A stretch of DNA of 46,892 nucleotides, taken from NCBI RefSeq assembly GCF_001194135.2, contig NC_068983.1, positions 7,812,062-7,858,953 on the forward strand, in the 5' to 3' direction. The notes beneath the pieces are model-generated. The model saw nothing but the letters and a program-made list of their open reading frames with translations. It ran no database searches and was not told the origin of the DNA. The DNA is from Octopus bimaculoides (lineage: Eukaryota). Shown in pieces: positions 13,635 to 24,621 of the stretch. The translations under genes and the position numbers were made by a program. Positions within the stretch are counted from its first letter, which is position 1; every line of letters begins with the position of its first letter.

Positions 13635-14020
13635 AAGTAATTTGCTTACCAACCACATGGTTCCGGGCTCAGTCCCACTGCGTGGCACCTTGGGCAAGTG
13701 TCTTCTACTATAGCCTCGGGCCGACCAAAGCCTTGTGAGTGGATTTGGTAGACGGAAACTGAAAGAAGCCCGTCGTATATATGTATATATATATATGTGT
13801 GTGCGTGTTTGTGTATCTGTGTTTGTCCTCCTATCATTGCTTGACAACCGATGCTGGTGTGTTTACGACCCCGTAACTTAGCGGTTCGGCAAAAAGAGAC
13901 CGATAGAATAAGTACTAGGCTTACAAAGAATATGTCCCGGGGTCGATTTGCTCGACTAAAGGCGGTGCTCCAGCATGGCCGCAGTCAAATGACTGAAACA
14001 AGTAAAAGTAAAAGTAAAAG
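13635..14020 (+). mobile_element. CORE-like tRNA-derived SINE family B (head runs into the gap)
   Basis: B-box gggctcagtccc, then ccttgggcaagtgtcttct..tagcctc, which resembles the MIR CORE motif ccttgggcaagt..ctt..cctc. Internal (TA/TG)n linker and (GTAAAA)n tail. Octopus OR1/OR2 SINEs are reported CORE-SINEs; exact assignment not checked. Confidence 0.9.
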
Positions 14021-14774
14021 AAACATATATATGCGTTCTTGTATGGTTGCGCAATATCAACAATAGAGTAGATAATGTGTATGTATATATTCTTGTATGT
14101 ATCTTATCTGTCTGTCTATCAATCTATGAATTTGTTTATAAGAGTATTCATATATATGTATATATGCATATATATATTAATATATATGTACAATTATACA
14201 TACACACACAGATATAAATTGCTGGTAGGGACACCGTATTTCTTTTAGCAACCAAGACATACTACTAAGTATACTGAAACGTAGGACATAGTATTGATTT
14301 GGTTATATATTATTAGTGCTAAGCGAAATACGCTGTCCTTATCAGCGATTAATATGTACGTCCTAGTTGCCGGGAATGTGTTTAATATGTAAATTGGTCT
14401 AGGAGAAGCTTTTTAAGCAAGTTGTTCATGGACGATTAATGGGTTGGATGTGATGCTGAGGAAGGAGCAATTAGTCCTGAAATATGTATATACAAAATGT
14501 CCCAGAAGTCACTGATGGGTTTCAATTTTTAGTAACGTCCTTAACTTCACAAATAAATGCATGAAGGTTTGATACAATGTAAAGGACATAATTAAAATTA
14601 ATATGCACAAATCAAATTTTGAAACACTACTACATGACACATGAAAAATGACACCCTGTACGCCCGTTACAGGTTTTGTCTCTTCGATCGCATTGTTTAC
14701 CTAGACGTATTCGTATAAGAAACGTCGTAACTTTCAGAGCTGGCTCTAAATTCTACAGATGATCTATAGAGATA

Positions 14775-14777
<3 letters not shown>

Positions 14778-14832
<55 letters not shown>

Positions 14833-14896
14833 TATATGTATATACATATACATAAACAACACACATATATATCCATATATATATACATATACATAG

Positions 14897-14939
<43 letters not shown>

Positions 14940-15009
14940 GTGTGTGTAATATATATAGATATATAAATATATATATAGCTATTACACATACATACACACA
15001 TATATATGC

Positions 15010-15103
<94 letters not shown>

Positions 15104-15125
15104 CAAGAGAGAGAGAGAGAGAGAA
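14778..15125. repeat. (TA)n/(CA)n/(GA)n compound microsatellite
   Basis: Visible runs; long (GA)n at ~15015-15123. Confidence 0.95.
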
Positions 15126-15293
15126 AGGAAGAGAGGGGAGGGAACAAAAGAAGATAGCTAGATAGCTTGATGGATAGATACGGGGTATGAGAGAATGGCA
15201 GAAAGAGATGATCTCCGTCAACTTGGGTCAGTCAATGATACCCACTCAAAATCTATGGCTTACAAACAACTCTGATAGTCTACATATTCTTCT

Positions 15294-15665
15294 ATTCTTT
15301 TACTTGTTTCAGTCGTTTGACTGTCGGCACCGCCTTTAGTCGAGCAAATCGACCCCAGGACTTATTCTTTTTATCCCTCATTTTCGCCGAACCGCTAAGT
15401 TTCGGGGACGTAAACACACCAGCATCGTTTGTCAAGCGATGTTGGGGGGCAAACACAGACACACAAACATATACGCACACACACAGACACATACACACAC
15501 ACGGCAGGCTTCTTTCAGTTTCCGTCTACCAAATCCACTCACAAGGCTTTGGTCGGCCCGAGGCTATAATAGAAGACACATGCACAAGATGCCACGCAGT
15601 GGGACTTAACCCGGAACCATGTGGTTGGTAAGCAAGCGACTTACCACACAGCCACTCCTGCGCCT
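15294..15665 (-). mobile_element. SINE family B, full length
   Basis: Reverse complement of 13635-14020, plus the intact head aggcgcaggagtggctgtgtggtaag. Confidence 0.92.
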
Positions 15666-16270
15666 TAGGGAAAACTTAAGCGTATAGGCAGGTATGAACT
15701 CAACAGAAACACTCAAGAGACTATTATAGCGACTTGAATCCATGGCTTACGGTAACCGATTGTTAGACGCTTTATTTACCGATACAACCTCACAGTTAAA
15801 CTAGAAGGATACGTAACTCTAACCTCATTGTTGGCTATCCGATAAAGTATCGCCTGGGTCATAAGCATTCTCCATTGCGCTATATCTACCATGTAATGTA
15901 TTCAGTTATTTATCATATAACCAATGTATTAGACAAATTTTTTTTTTATTCTATATCTGTTGAGCCATCAATTTTGTAAAATTCATTTTTGATGCTATTC
16001 AGTATTTTTCCTTCCGCACTGAAAATATTCGAGTCCTCTTAACACTTCCTCAGATCCCAAAGACTGATAAACTCTGACATATCATCGAAGTAAAGCCAAT
16101 AAGATATATGTATATATTTTACAAAGGCGCCAAACAATGGGACTATGCAATTGTCTGATGTTTATGCTTTTCTCGGAGTTATTGAACATATAAGATACAG
16201 TTCAATCCGATAAAGATCTTTATCAGCAACTATCTAAAACACACCAGTCTATATTTCAGCGACACGCAGC

Positions 16271-16327
<57 letters not shown>

Positions 16328-16443
16328 ACTTGTTTCTCTCATTAGACTCTGACCATGGTGGGGCACCGCCTTGAAGAATTTTTAGTCCATTGAATCGATC
16401 CCAGTACAAATCTTTTTAAAACCTGGTACCTATTTTAGCGGTA
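16328..16443 (-). mobile_element. SINE family B, degenerate 3' fragment
   Basis: ccatggtggggcaccgccttgaagaatttttagtc..gaatcgatcccagtac matches the tail of 24952-25357. Confidence 0.65.
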
Positions 16444-16816
16444 TAACAACATCGGTTTTCAAACACACACACACACACACAAACACGCACAAACACGCAC
16501 ACGCACAACACACACACACACAAACACACACATTATATATATANNNNNNNNNNNNNNNNNNNNNNNNNNNNNNNNNNNNNNNNNNNNNNNNNNNNNNNNN
16601 NNNNNNNNNNNNNNNNNNNNNNNNNNNNNNNNNNNNNNNNNNNNNNNNNNNNNNNNNNNNNNNNNNNNNNNNNNNNNNNNNNNNNNNNNNNNNNNNNNNN
16701 NNNNNNNNNNNNNNNNNNNNNNNNNNNNNNNNNNNNNNNNNNNNNNNNNNNNNNNNNNNNNNNNNNNNNNNNNNNNNNNNNNNNNNNNNNNNNNNNNNNN
16801 NNNNNNNNNNNNNNNN

Positions 16817-17200
16817 TGTGTGTGTTTGTGTGTCTGTGTTGTCTCAACATCACTTGACAACCGATGTTCGAGCAAATCGACCCCAGGACTTAGTCTTTGT
16901 AAGCCTAGTGCTTATTCTATCGGTCTCTTTTGCCAAACCGCTAAGTTATGAGGACGTAAACACACCAGCATCGGTTCTCAAGCGATGTTGGTGGGACAAA
17001 CACACACACACACACACACATACACACACACATCTATATATACATACAACGGGCTTCTTTTAGTTTCCGTCTACCAAATCCACTCACAAGGCTCTGGTCG
17101 GCCGGAGGCTACAGTAGAAGACACTTGCCCAAGGTGCCACGCAGTGGGACTGAACTCGGAATCACGTGGTTCGTAAGCAAGCTACTGACTACACAGCCAC
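16817..17200 (-). mobile_element. Fused SINE B pair: plus-strand fragment 16817-16868 joined to a minus-strand copy 16869-17200
   Basis: cacttgacaaccgatgtt|cgagcaaatcgacccc junction; both sides match the family B consensus seen in other copies. Confidence 0.85.
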
Positions 17201-17342
17201 ACACATACAAATATATATGTATATATACGCACATATATATATACACACACATATATATACACACATACATACATATACACACACATACATATAAGCATAT
17301 ATACTGCATACATACATACATACATACATACATACATACAAA

Positions 17343-17535
17343 TGTTTGTGTGTCTGTCTGTGTTCCTTATCGTTTGAAAACCGGTGTTGGTTTGTTAATG
17401 GTCCGCAACTTAAATGTTCAGCAGAAACCGACCGCTATATATATAAAAACATATATATTTGTCGATTTATTCGACTAAAATCATTTAACCACTTATGCCT
17501 CACCATGGCCGCAGTCCAAACTAGCAAGAAAAGAC
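17343..17535 (+). mobile_element. SINE family B, degenerate 3' half
   Basis: aaccggtgttggtttgtt...gtcgatttattcgactaaa...ccatggccgcagtc. Confidence 0.65.
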
Positions 17536-18289
17536 ACAAAATAAACCACAATAGTTTAGTTTCCCAGAACCGTTGTATTAATGATATCATTAATAAATCG
17601 GAAATTTCTAGTTTAAGACACCGATTCTGTCGTACAGTTGAAGTTGCTTGATTTCTTGCTTGCACCTTCAACTACTCATGGAATCGTATTGGCGTTAGTG
17701 TGACATGTTGCGCACAAGTCTTGTCCATCTGTCGTGACTGTGTGTGTGGGTGCCAGAGAACAGGTTTTCATTAAAATGAGTTTACGAAATCATCATCGAC
17801 GTGATCTTTGCGTTCGTCGTCATCAGCAAAATAGCATCATGATCACGATCATTATCTTTGTCTTTGCGCCGCCCCCGTTATCCCCCCTNNNNNNNNNNNN
17901 NNNNNNNNNNNNNNNNNNNNNNNNNNNNNNNNNNNNNNNNNNNNNNNNNNNNNNNNNNNNNNNNNNNNNNNNNNNNNNNNNNNNNNNNNNNNNNNNNNNN
18001 NNNNNNNNNNNNNNNNNNNNNNNNNNNNNNNNNNNNNNNNNNNNNNNNNNNNNNNNNNNNNNNNNNNNNNNNNNNNNNNNNNNNNNNNNNNNNNNNNNNN
18101 NNNNNNNNNNNNNNNCCCCCTCCTCCTCCTCCCCCACCTCCTCCGCTGCAGCTGCAGCAACAACAGCAACTATTCTCCAGTAAGTGGCATATCTTCACAA
18201 ATTATTTCAAGATGATGTTAGACGGGGGAAGAGCTAAACAGTCGAGAAACGTCGTTCTCCTCCCACTCCCCTTCGTCATTGTTGTCGAT

Positions 18290-18290
18290 G

Positions 18291-18321
<31 letters not shown>

Positions 18322-18725
18322 AATCGTCATCATCATCATCACCACCACCACCACCATCTCATTTTTCTTAATCACTTTCGTCATGGTCATTATTGTTTTT
18401 GATGTCGCTGCTGCTGTTGTTGATGTTGTTGTTGCTCTTCTTCTTCTTCTTCTTCTTCTTCTTCTTCTTCTTCTTCTTCTTCTTCTTCTTCTTCTTTTTC
18501 TTCTTCTTCTTTTTCTTCTTCTTCTTCTTCTTCTTCTTCTTCTTCTTCTTCCATTTCTTCTTCTTCTTCTTCTTCTTCTTCTTCTTCTTCTTCTTTCATC
18601 CTCTTCTTCTTCTTCTTCTTCTCCTTCTTCTTCTTCTTCTTCTTCTTCTTCTTCTTCTTCTTCTTCTTCTTCTTCTTCTTTCTTCTTCTTCTTCTTCTTC
18701 TTCTTCTTCTTCACCCTTTTCTTCT
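18290..18725. repeat. (CAT)n/(CAC)n/(GTT)n and long (TTC)n tract
   Basis: Visible triplet runs; (TTC)n at ~18436-18712. Confidence 0.95.
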
Positions 18726-19584
18726 TCCTCGTAATTAGATTGTCAATTCCAGTTAGCCGCCGCCATGTCATGCACCCTCCTCTCTTCACCTCTCCTCTCT
18801 TCACCTCTCCTCTCTTCACCTCTCCTCAGTAAAGTATAACGAATACACGCCACTCTACAGTCCACATCATCCTAACTTTACAGCCATTACCACCACCACC
18901 ACCATTACCACCACCACCACCAACAACAACGTCACCTCCACGGCAACCACCATCGTTCCCATCACCACCACCACCACTATCAGCGCCGTCACAACCATCT
19001 TGAATAATAACCACAACAGCGACAGCATACTAATTGCTACGCGTCATAATTTTCCTAATCCGCATTAGCATCATCATTGTTGTCATCATTGGTCATCACT
19101 TTTCGCCTCCCCTCCCCTCCCCTCCTCTCCCCNNNNNNNNNNNNNNNNNNNNNNNNNNNNNNNNNNNNNNNNNNNNNNNNNNNNNNNNNNNNNNNNNNNN
19201 NNNNNNNNNNNNNNNNNNNNNNNNNNNNNNNNNNNNNNNNNNNNNNNNNNNNNNNNNNNNNNNNNNNNNNNNNNNNNNNNNNNNNNNNNNNNNNNNNNNN
19301 NNNNNNNNNNNNNNNNNNNNNNNNNNNNNNNNNNNNNNNNNNNNNNNNNNNNNNNNNNNNNNNNNNNNNNNNNNNNNNNNNNNNNNNNNNNNNNNNNNNN
19401 NNNNNNNNNNNNNNNNNNNNNNNNNNNNNNNNNNNNNNNNNNNNNNNNNNNNNNNNNNNNNNNNNNNNNNNNNNNNNNNNNNNNNNNNNNNNNNNNNNNN
19501 NNNNNNNNNNNNNNNNNNNNNNNNNNNNNNNNNNNNNNNNNNNNNNNNNNNNNNNNNNNNNNNNNNNNNNNNNNNNNNNNNNNN

Positions 19585-19658
19585 AAAACGGACGAAATGT
19601 CGCTAAGCATATTGCCTGGCGTGCTAACAATTCCGCCAGCTCGCCACCTTCTTAATAA

Positions 19659-19692
<34 letters not shown>

Positions 19693-19693
19693 G

Positions 19694-19736
<43 letters not shown>

Positions 19737-19969
19737 TGATGATAATAATGATAGTCATTTCTACTTTAAGCACAAAGCCAGGAATTTTTAGGGAAAGCAG
19801 TTAGTCGATTACAGCGATCCCACTGCGTAACTGGTACTTATTTCATCGATTCCGAAGGGATGAAAGGCAAAGTCAACCTCAGCGGAACTTGAACCCAGAA
19901 CGTAAAAACGGACGAAATGCCGCTAAGCATTTTTCCCGGCGTGTTGACTGTTCTGCCAGGTCGCCGCCT
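19585..19969 (-). mobile_element. Two tandem SINE A copies (19585-19649 partial, 19768-19969) separated by (TAA)n at ~19653-19752
   Basis: Both match the family A head; the second also has the core and tail. Confidence 0.88.
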
Positions 19970-21840
19970 TAAATCTCATCCGAGCATATTGTAATCATGT
20001 CGTTTAAGAACGTGTCTTGATCTTCAACAGACGTTGTGAGACACCTTTGAGTAAAATGTACACCATTGTTTTTTTTATAATGAAAAATTCTCAAATAGGA
20101 ATGAAATGAATATTTTGTTGAGAGGAAGAGGATAAATGGAGCGTTGTGGGCAGGAAACTTCGTCGGAGAAAGAGAGGAAATGTTCACTGATAGTACTGAA
20201 TGAAGAGATTGGATTTAGTAAGGAAGAGGGAGAAAGACAATAGTGAAGAATAAGGAAGGGAGGTAACAAGATGAAATACGTAGCAAGAGGGCAACGGCCA
20301 AACGATGGAGATTATTTGCTCGAAGTGTATCAAAATTGAATAATCGAAAGAGAAGCAAAAGAAGAAAACAATAAACACTAAGGGAATTAAATTTGATTTT
20401 CGTCGGATCAGCGAGGCTAGTGAGATCAATACGATTAACGTTCAGTTTAAACATCTTTAAAGATGATGTCTGCAGAAAAAGAAAACAAACAAATGAAAAT
20501 CGAAGCTTTCATGTAGTTATTCGAATTATTATAACTAAGAGCTACATTTGCCGCAAATTATTTTGCTATCTAAAGGCTTCTCCAGTGAAGGGAAGCGAAC
20601 ATAATTCTTTCCTGGTCCTTTGATACTGGCAGGAGGAAGAGAGAAAATTATTCTCTGACCATAGACCTGGGTCGTAACGAATGCAACAGAGCGGTCTTCG
20701 CTAAAGACACCCATAGACCAGTCTTGGTGTCAATCTGGAAGACGTATTAAGATTAGGGAGGAAACCGATGTCACCTATATATAAAATGAGGGAATCATTA
20801 CGATAGGAATGTTTTTGATTATAAGTTAATTCGAGGAAAGCTGATCTTATTCTAAACAACAACAGCAACAACAACGATAGAGATGAGGAGAGTAGTCCAG
20901 TTGCTTAATACTTTTGATGTGGCACAGGGACAAAATGGCAGGCGTATGATCAAATGCAGTGAGACACAATAGGTGTAAACGAGTGGAGAGACGGGTGTGT
21001 ATAGTAGGTCCACTTGGAGAGTATATGCAGCCAGGTACTTCAACTGGCTAAATGTCTGAAGAATAATTATGAGATGCATCGTAGAAAGCTGAAATCAAAT
21101 GGAAGTTAGCTTCACAGATTATATTTAATGTGGCAGGTTCAACAGATAAGACATGCCAGTTATAAAACTTCTCAAAGCACATGAGTATTTCAAAACCATA
21201 ATATTCCCAAACCCTGATCAATATTGATGAGAATAAAATCAACAATGAAGGATGAGATGAGAATACAATAAAAAAATCATCTCAAATTTTCAGATCATTT
21301 CAAGATATTTATTCGTTTGTGGATCGAAAACTGTAAACTGAATGCTTGGCACGTAACAACTATCTTTAGAGAAAGGTGCACATAAAATAGGACTTTCTCA
21401 AGCTGACACAGGGTCACAGCTGTAGGGTTGAAGCAAAATCGATTGAAATAATCTCAATGGATTGCCCAGTACATATTTTATCGACGGCTTGCTAGAATCA
21501 GTACAGCTTTCGACAAAATATATATGCTACTTAAAAAAAAAAAAAAAACGTTTTGCGATCAAATTCAGTCCAAGTCAATTTTGCATTATATCCTTCCGGG
21601 TTAGATAAAATAAAGAAGCAATCATATATCGAGGTTGATAAAATTACTCATAGATTAGCAGAATGAGTAGAGAACACCACTGGAAAATACGAAAACTAAA
21701 AGAAGCAGCACATATGCTAGGACACAATAACCTCCTAAGAAGACCGAGTGCAGATATGAACAGCATATGGGAACCGGTATTAAGGAAGGATAGGAGAATA
21801 TTGGATTTATAAGCCCTAAAATTCATTCCATAATTGCATA

Positions 21841-21890
21841 TGGCGTAGTGGTTAAGAGCGCGGGCTACTAACCCCAAGTTCGATTCCAGG
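21841..21890 (+). promoter_or_regulatory. tRNA-like internal Pol III promoter (A-box and B-box)
   Basis: A-box TGGCGTAGTGG at 21841-21851 fits TRGCNNAGYGG; B-box GTTCGATTC at 21878-21886 fits GTTCRANNC. Spacing is slightly short, so this is not an intact tRNA. Confidence 0.7.
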
Positions 21891-21926
<36 letters not shown>

Positions 21927-21971
21927 TAATAACAACATCGGAATGAGTACCAAGGTTCGAAATTTCCCCAA

Positions 21972-22017
21972 GACACCTGATGAAGGCTGGAGGGTATATC
22001 AGCCGAAACGTTGTGTT
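21972..22017 (+). ncRNA. Minimal type I hammerhead ribozyme motif (Penelope type)
   Basis: Stem I gacac/gtgtt; core CUGAUGA plus one extra A; stem II ggctg/cagcc; GAAAC; GUU cleavage triplet; palindromic AACGUU in place of stem III. Confidence 0.65.
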
Positions 22018-22330
22018 AACAGCAAACAAGATGAGGACAAATATCCATCAAATGTAAATAATGTAAATAATGTACATAATTCCTCATCTCTTAAATATAG
22101 AACTGAATGAGTAGAGTGTTTGGGAAAATTCATGTGGTATTCAATTACTGCTTATCGCATTGGGAGTTCAAAATTCAGACAAGGGCTAACATTACCTTTA
22201 ATTTTTCCGCCGATAACAAAAGATGAAATGTATCAGTTTAATCCCATTAATAGTATATCGTAGATCTGAACGGAATTTTAAAAGAAGACTAAAACTGAGG
22301 AGAAACGATAATTAAAGATTCGAAATGATA

Positions 22331-22731
22331 TTGGTTTCAAAATTTGGCACAAGGCCAGTAAGTTCCGAGAGGAGGTAAGTCGATTACAAGGACCCCAGTG
22401 CTCAACTGGTGCTTATTTTATCAACCCTGAAAGTTTAAGTCAACCTCGGTAGAATTTGAACTCAAAACGTAAAGATGGATAAAATGTCGATTAGCATTTT
22501 GCCCGGCATGCTAAAGATTCGTTTCTACTCTAGGCACAAGGCCCAAAATTTTGGGGAGGGGATCCAGCAGATTAGATTGACCCCAGTACGCACTGGTACT
22601 TAATTTATCGACCCCGAAAGGATGAAAGGCAAAGTCGACCTCGGCGGAATTTGAATTGAGAACGTAGCAACGGTCGAAGTACTGCTAAGCAGTTCGCCCA
22701 GCTTGATAACGATTCTGCCAGCTCGCCACCT
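22331..22731 (-). mobile_element. Two tandem SINE A copies (22331-22520, tail type A3, head-truncated; 22522-22731, A1)
   Basis: Both match the family A core and head of other copies. Confidence 0.88.
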
Positions 22732-22754
22732 TCGTTCACTCAATCCTAATGTGG

Positions 22755-23300
22755 TATGTTTATGTCACTGTAACATAGCGGTTCGGCAAAAAAAATCGAA
22801 AGAATAGTGCCAGGCTTAAAAAAGAAGCACTGGTCTCTATTCATTCGATGAAAATATTCTTCCTCTAATCGAATAAAACAATCCTAGAACTTGCTTAAGG
22901 TCTGGTATATATTATACCGTTCTCTTTTACCGAACCGCTAGCGTACAGAACCGTAAACACACCAACACCGGTTGTTTAGCAGTGGTGGGAGACAAGCACA
23001 AGCATCAAGTCACACACACACTCGCACGCACGCACACACACACACATAGACACACATACACACGCACACGCACACACACACGCACACACACATACACACA
23101 CACACGCACACACGTACAAATATATATATATACGATGAGGTTCCTTCAGTCTCCACCCATCCACCGAATGTGCTTACAAAGCTTTGGTCGGCTCAAGTAT
23201 ATAGCAGAAGATGCTTGCCCCAGGGTGCCATGTGATGTAAGTTAACTGGGAACGATGTGGTTCAGTATCAAATATATTACCACACAGTCAGGCTTGCGCC
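22755..23300 (-). mobile_element. Degenerate SINE B pair: plus fragment ~22755-22860 and minus copy ~22895-23300
   Basis: gtaacatagcggttcggcaaaa on plus; ttttaccgaaccgctag...ccacacagtcaggcttgcgcct on minus, with an expanded (CA)n linker. Confidence 0.75.
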
Positions 23301-23581
23301 TATAAAAGTGTGGTCTTATACACACACACACACGCACACAGACACAGACACAGACACAGATAGATAGATAGATACACACACACAAGCGCGCACGCACGTG
23401 AAACGTGGAAGGAGGCCAGTTGCTCATGAGCAGCGTTTGATGTTATTCAATTCGAGGAATTTTTTAGTCCGGCACCCTACGTACTATTATTTATAACTTT
23501 ATCTTTTTCGATTCCGTCCATCAAAAACTATTTATTTCAGTTCTCTCGAAGTTTCTAAATTCTTATCACGTGAGCAATACA

Positions 23582-23654
<73 letters not shown>

Positions 23655-24043
23655 CCATGCGTTCATAAATACATTCATACGTACATGCATACATGTATGG
23701 TGGTTGTCTACTCCTTATGTAGAGTCTGACCACCTCTTGTAGTGACGCCTTAGATCCATCATGGCGTCTCATGTGGCTTTTTAAACCAATATATTGAAAA
23801 GACACTCACATGGACTGCATATCTGATTTGGACCACCAAGAGCTACAGCTAAGTTTTAATCTTTGTGGATCTGAAAATGTCTTTTGGCATACATCCAAGC
23901 ATGCATGTATATCTACCTCCTACCTACCTACCTACCTACCTACCTACACCTACTTACATACCTATACCTACTTACGTACCTACATGCATACATATATACA
24001 TACTTGCATAACGTAGATAGAGGAAAATCTAAGGTGTCTCGTC

Positions 24044-24621
24044 GGATCTTTTTTAAAACGGGGGCCACATTTTTCATTAACGAAACACTTTGAAACTTGG
24101 AACACTGGTAGAATGTGTCACATAAAACATCTTTTTCTCTTAGTCTTCTTTAAAAAAAAAGAAATCCATAAGTTATTCCATGTTAAAGTTGTCGTATTTC
24201 TGTAATTTCAACCAATCACTGACGTCCATTCAGCCGATATACATTAAGTGCCGACTACATAAACAAACGATTCTGAAACAATTAACCCTAACCCTAACCC
24301 TAACCCTAACCGTAGGGTTAGGGTTAGGGTTAAAGCAAATTTAAAATGAAAAAAGCAAATAAAACGAAGGTATGGAGATTAAATACGCTTTACATCGCTT
24401 AATCAGCCAAAGGAGTAAATGTAAACAACTGAATACTTGTCAGTGATTGGTTGAAATTATCGAAATAAGACAATTTTTTACATGAAATAAATTCGAATAC
24501 AAAAATATTTTTCTGTTCTATAACACAAAATAGATAAGTATACGAAGTTTGAAAGTCTTTCCGTACCAAAAACTACGTAAAACATTAATGAAAAATGTGG
24601 CCCCCGTTTTAAAATAGATCC
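24044..24621. mobile_element. MITE (non-autonomous DNA transposon), 578 bp, 37-bp TIRs, 8-bp TSD
   Basis: TIRs at 24044-24080 and 24585-24621 match at 36/37. TSD gtctcgtc at 24036-24043 and 24622-24629. GG-starting TIRs with an 8-bp TSD fit Merlin better than hAT or P (inference). Confidence 0.92.
24282..24333. repeat. Interstitial telomeric-repeat palindrome (CCCTAA)4...(TTAGGG)3 inside the MITE
   Basis: ttaaccctaaccctaaccctaaccctaaccgtagggttagggttagggttaa. Confidence 0.95.

Larger units (their letters stand above)
21654..22105 (+). mobile_element. Penelope-like element 3' end: GIY-YIG C-terminal peptide plus terminal repeat
   Basis: 21663-21812 reads MSREHHWKIRKLKEAAHMLGHNNLLRRPSADMNSIWEPVLRKDRRILDL*, resembling the E..W..RK.KEA..I...N...W.P.L ending of Penelope endonucleases. 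The downstream repeat contains ctgatgaag...ccgaaacg. Confidence 0.7.

Noticed and set aside
18773-18827. 15-bp tandem cacctctcctctctt (FTSPL peptide repeat in an ORF)
   Set aside because: A simple pyrimidine-rich minisatellite within a low-complexity tract; no evidence it is coding.
21841-21890. A functional tRNA gene
   Set aside because: The A-to-B spacing is too short and there is no acceptor stem. It is kept only as a tRNA-like promoter.
24282-24333. Telomere-telomere fusion scar
   Set aside because: Fusions give TTAGGG followed by CCCTAA. The order here is the reverse, the array is only 7 units, and it lies inside a TSD-flanked MITE.
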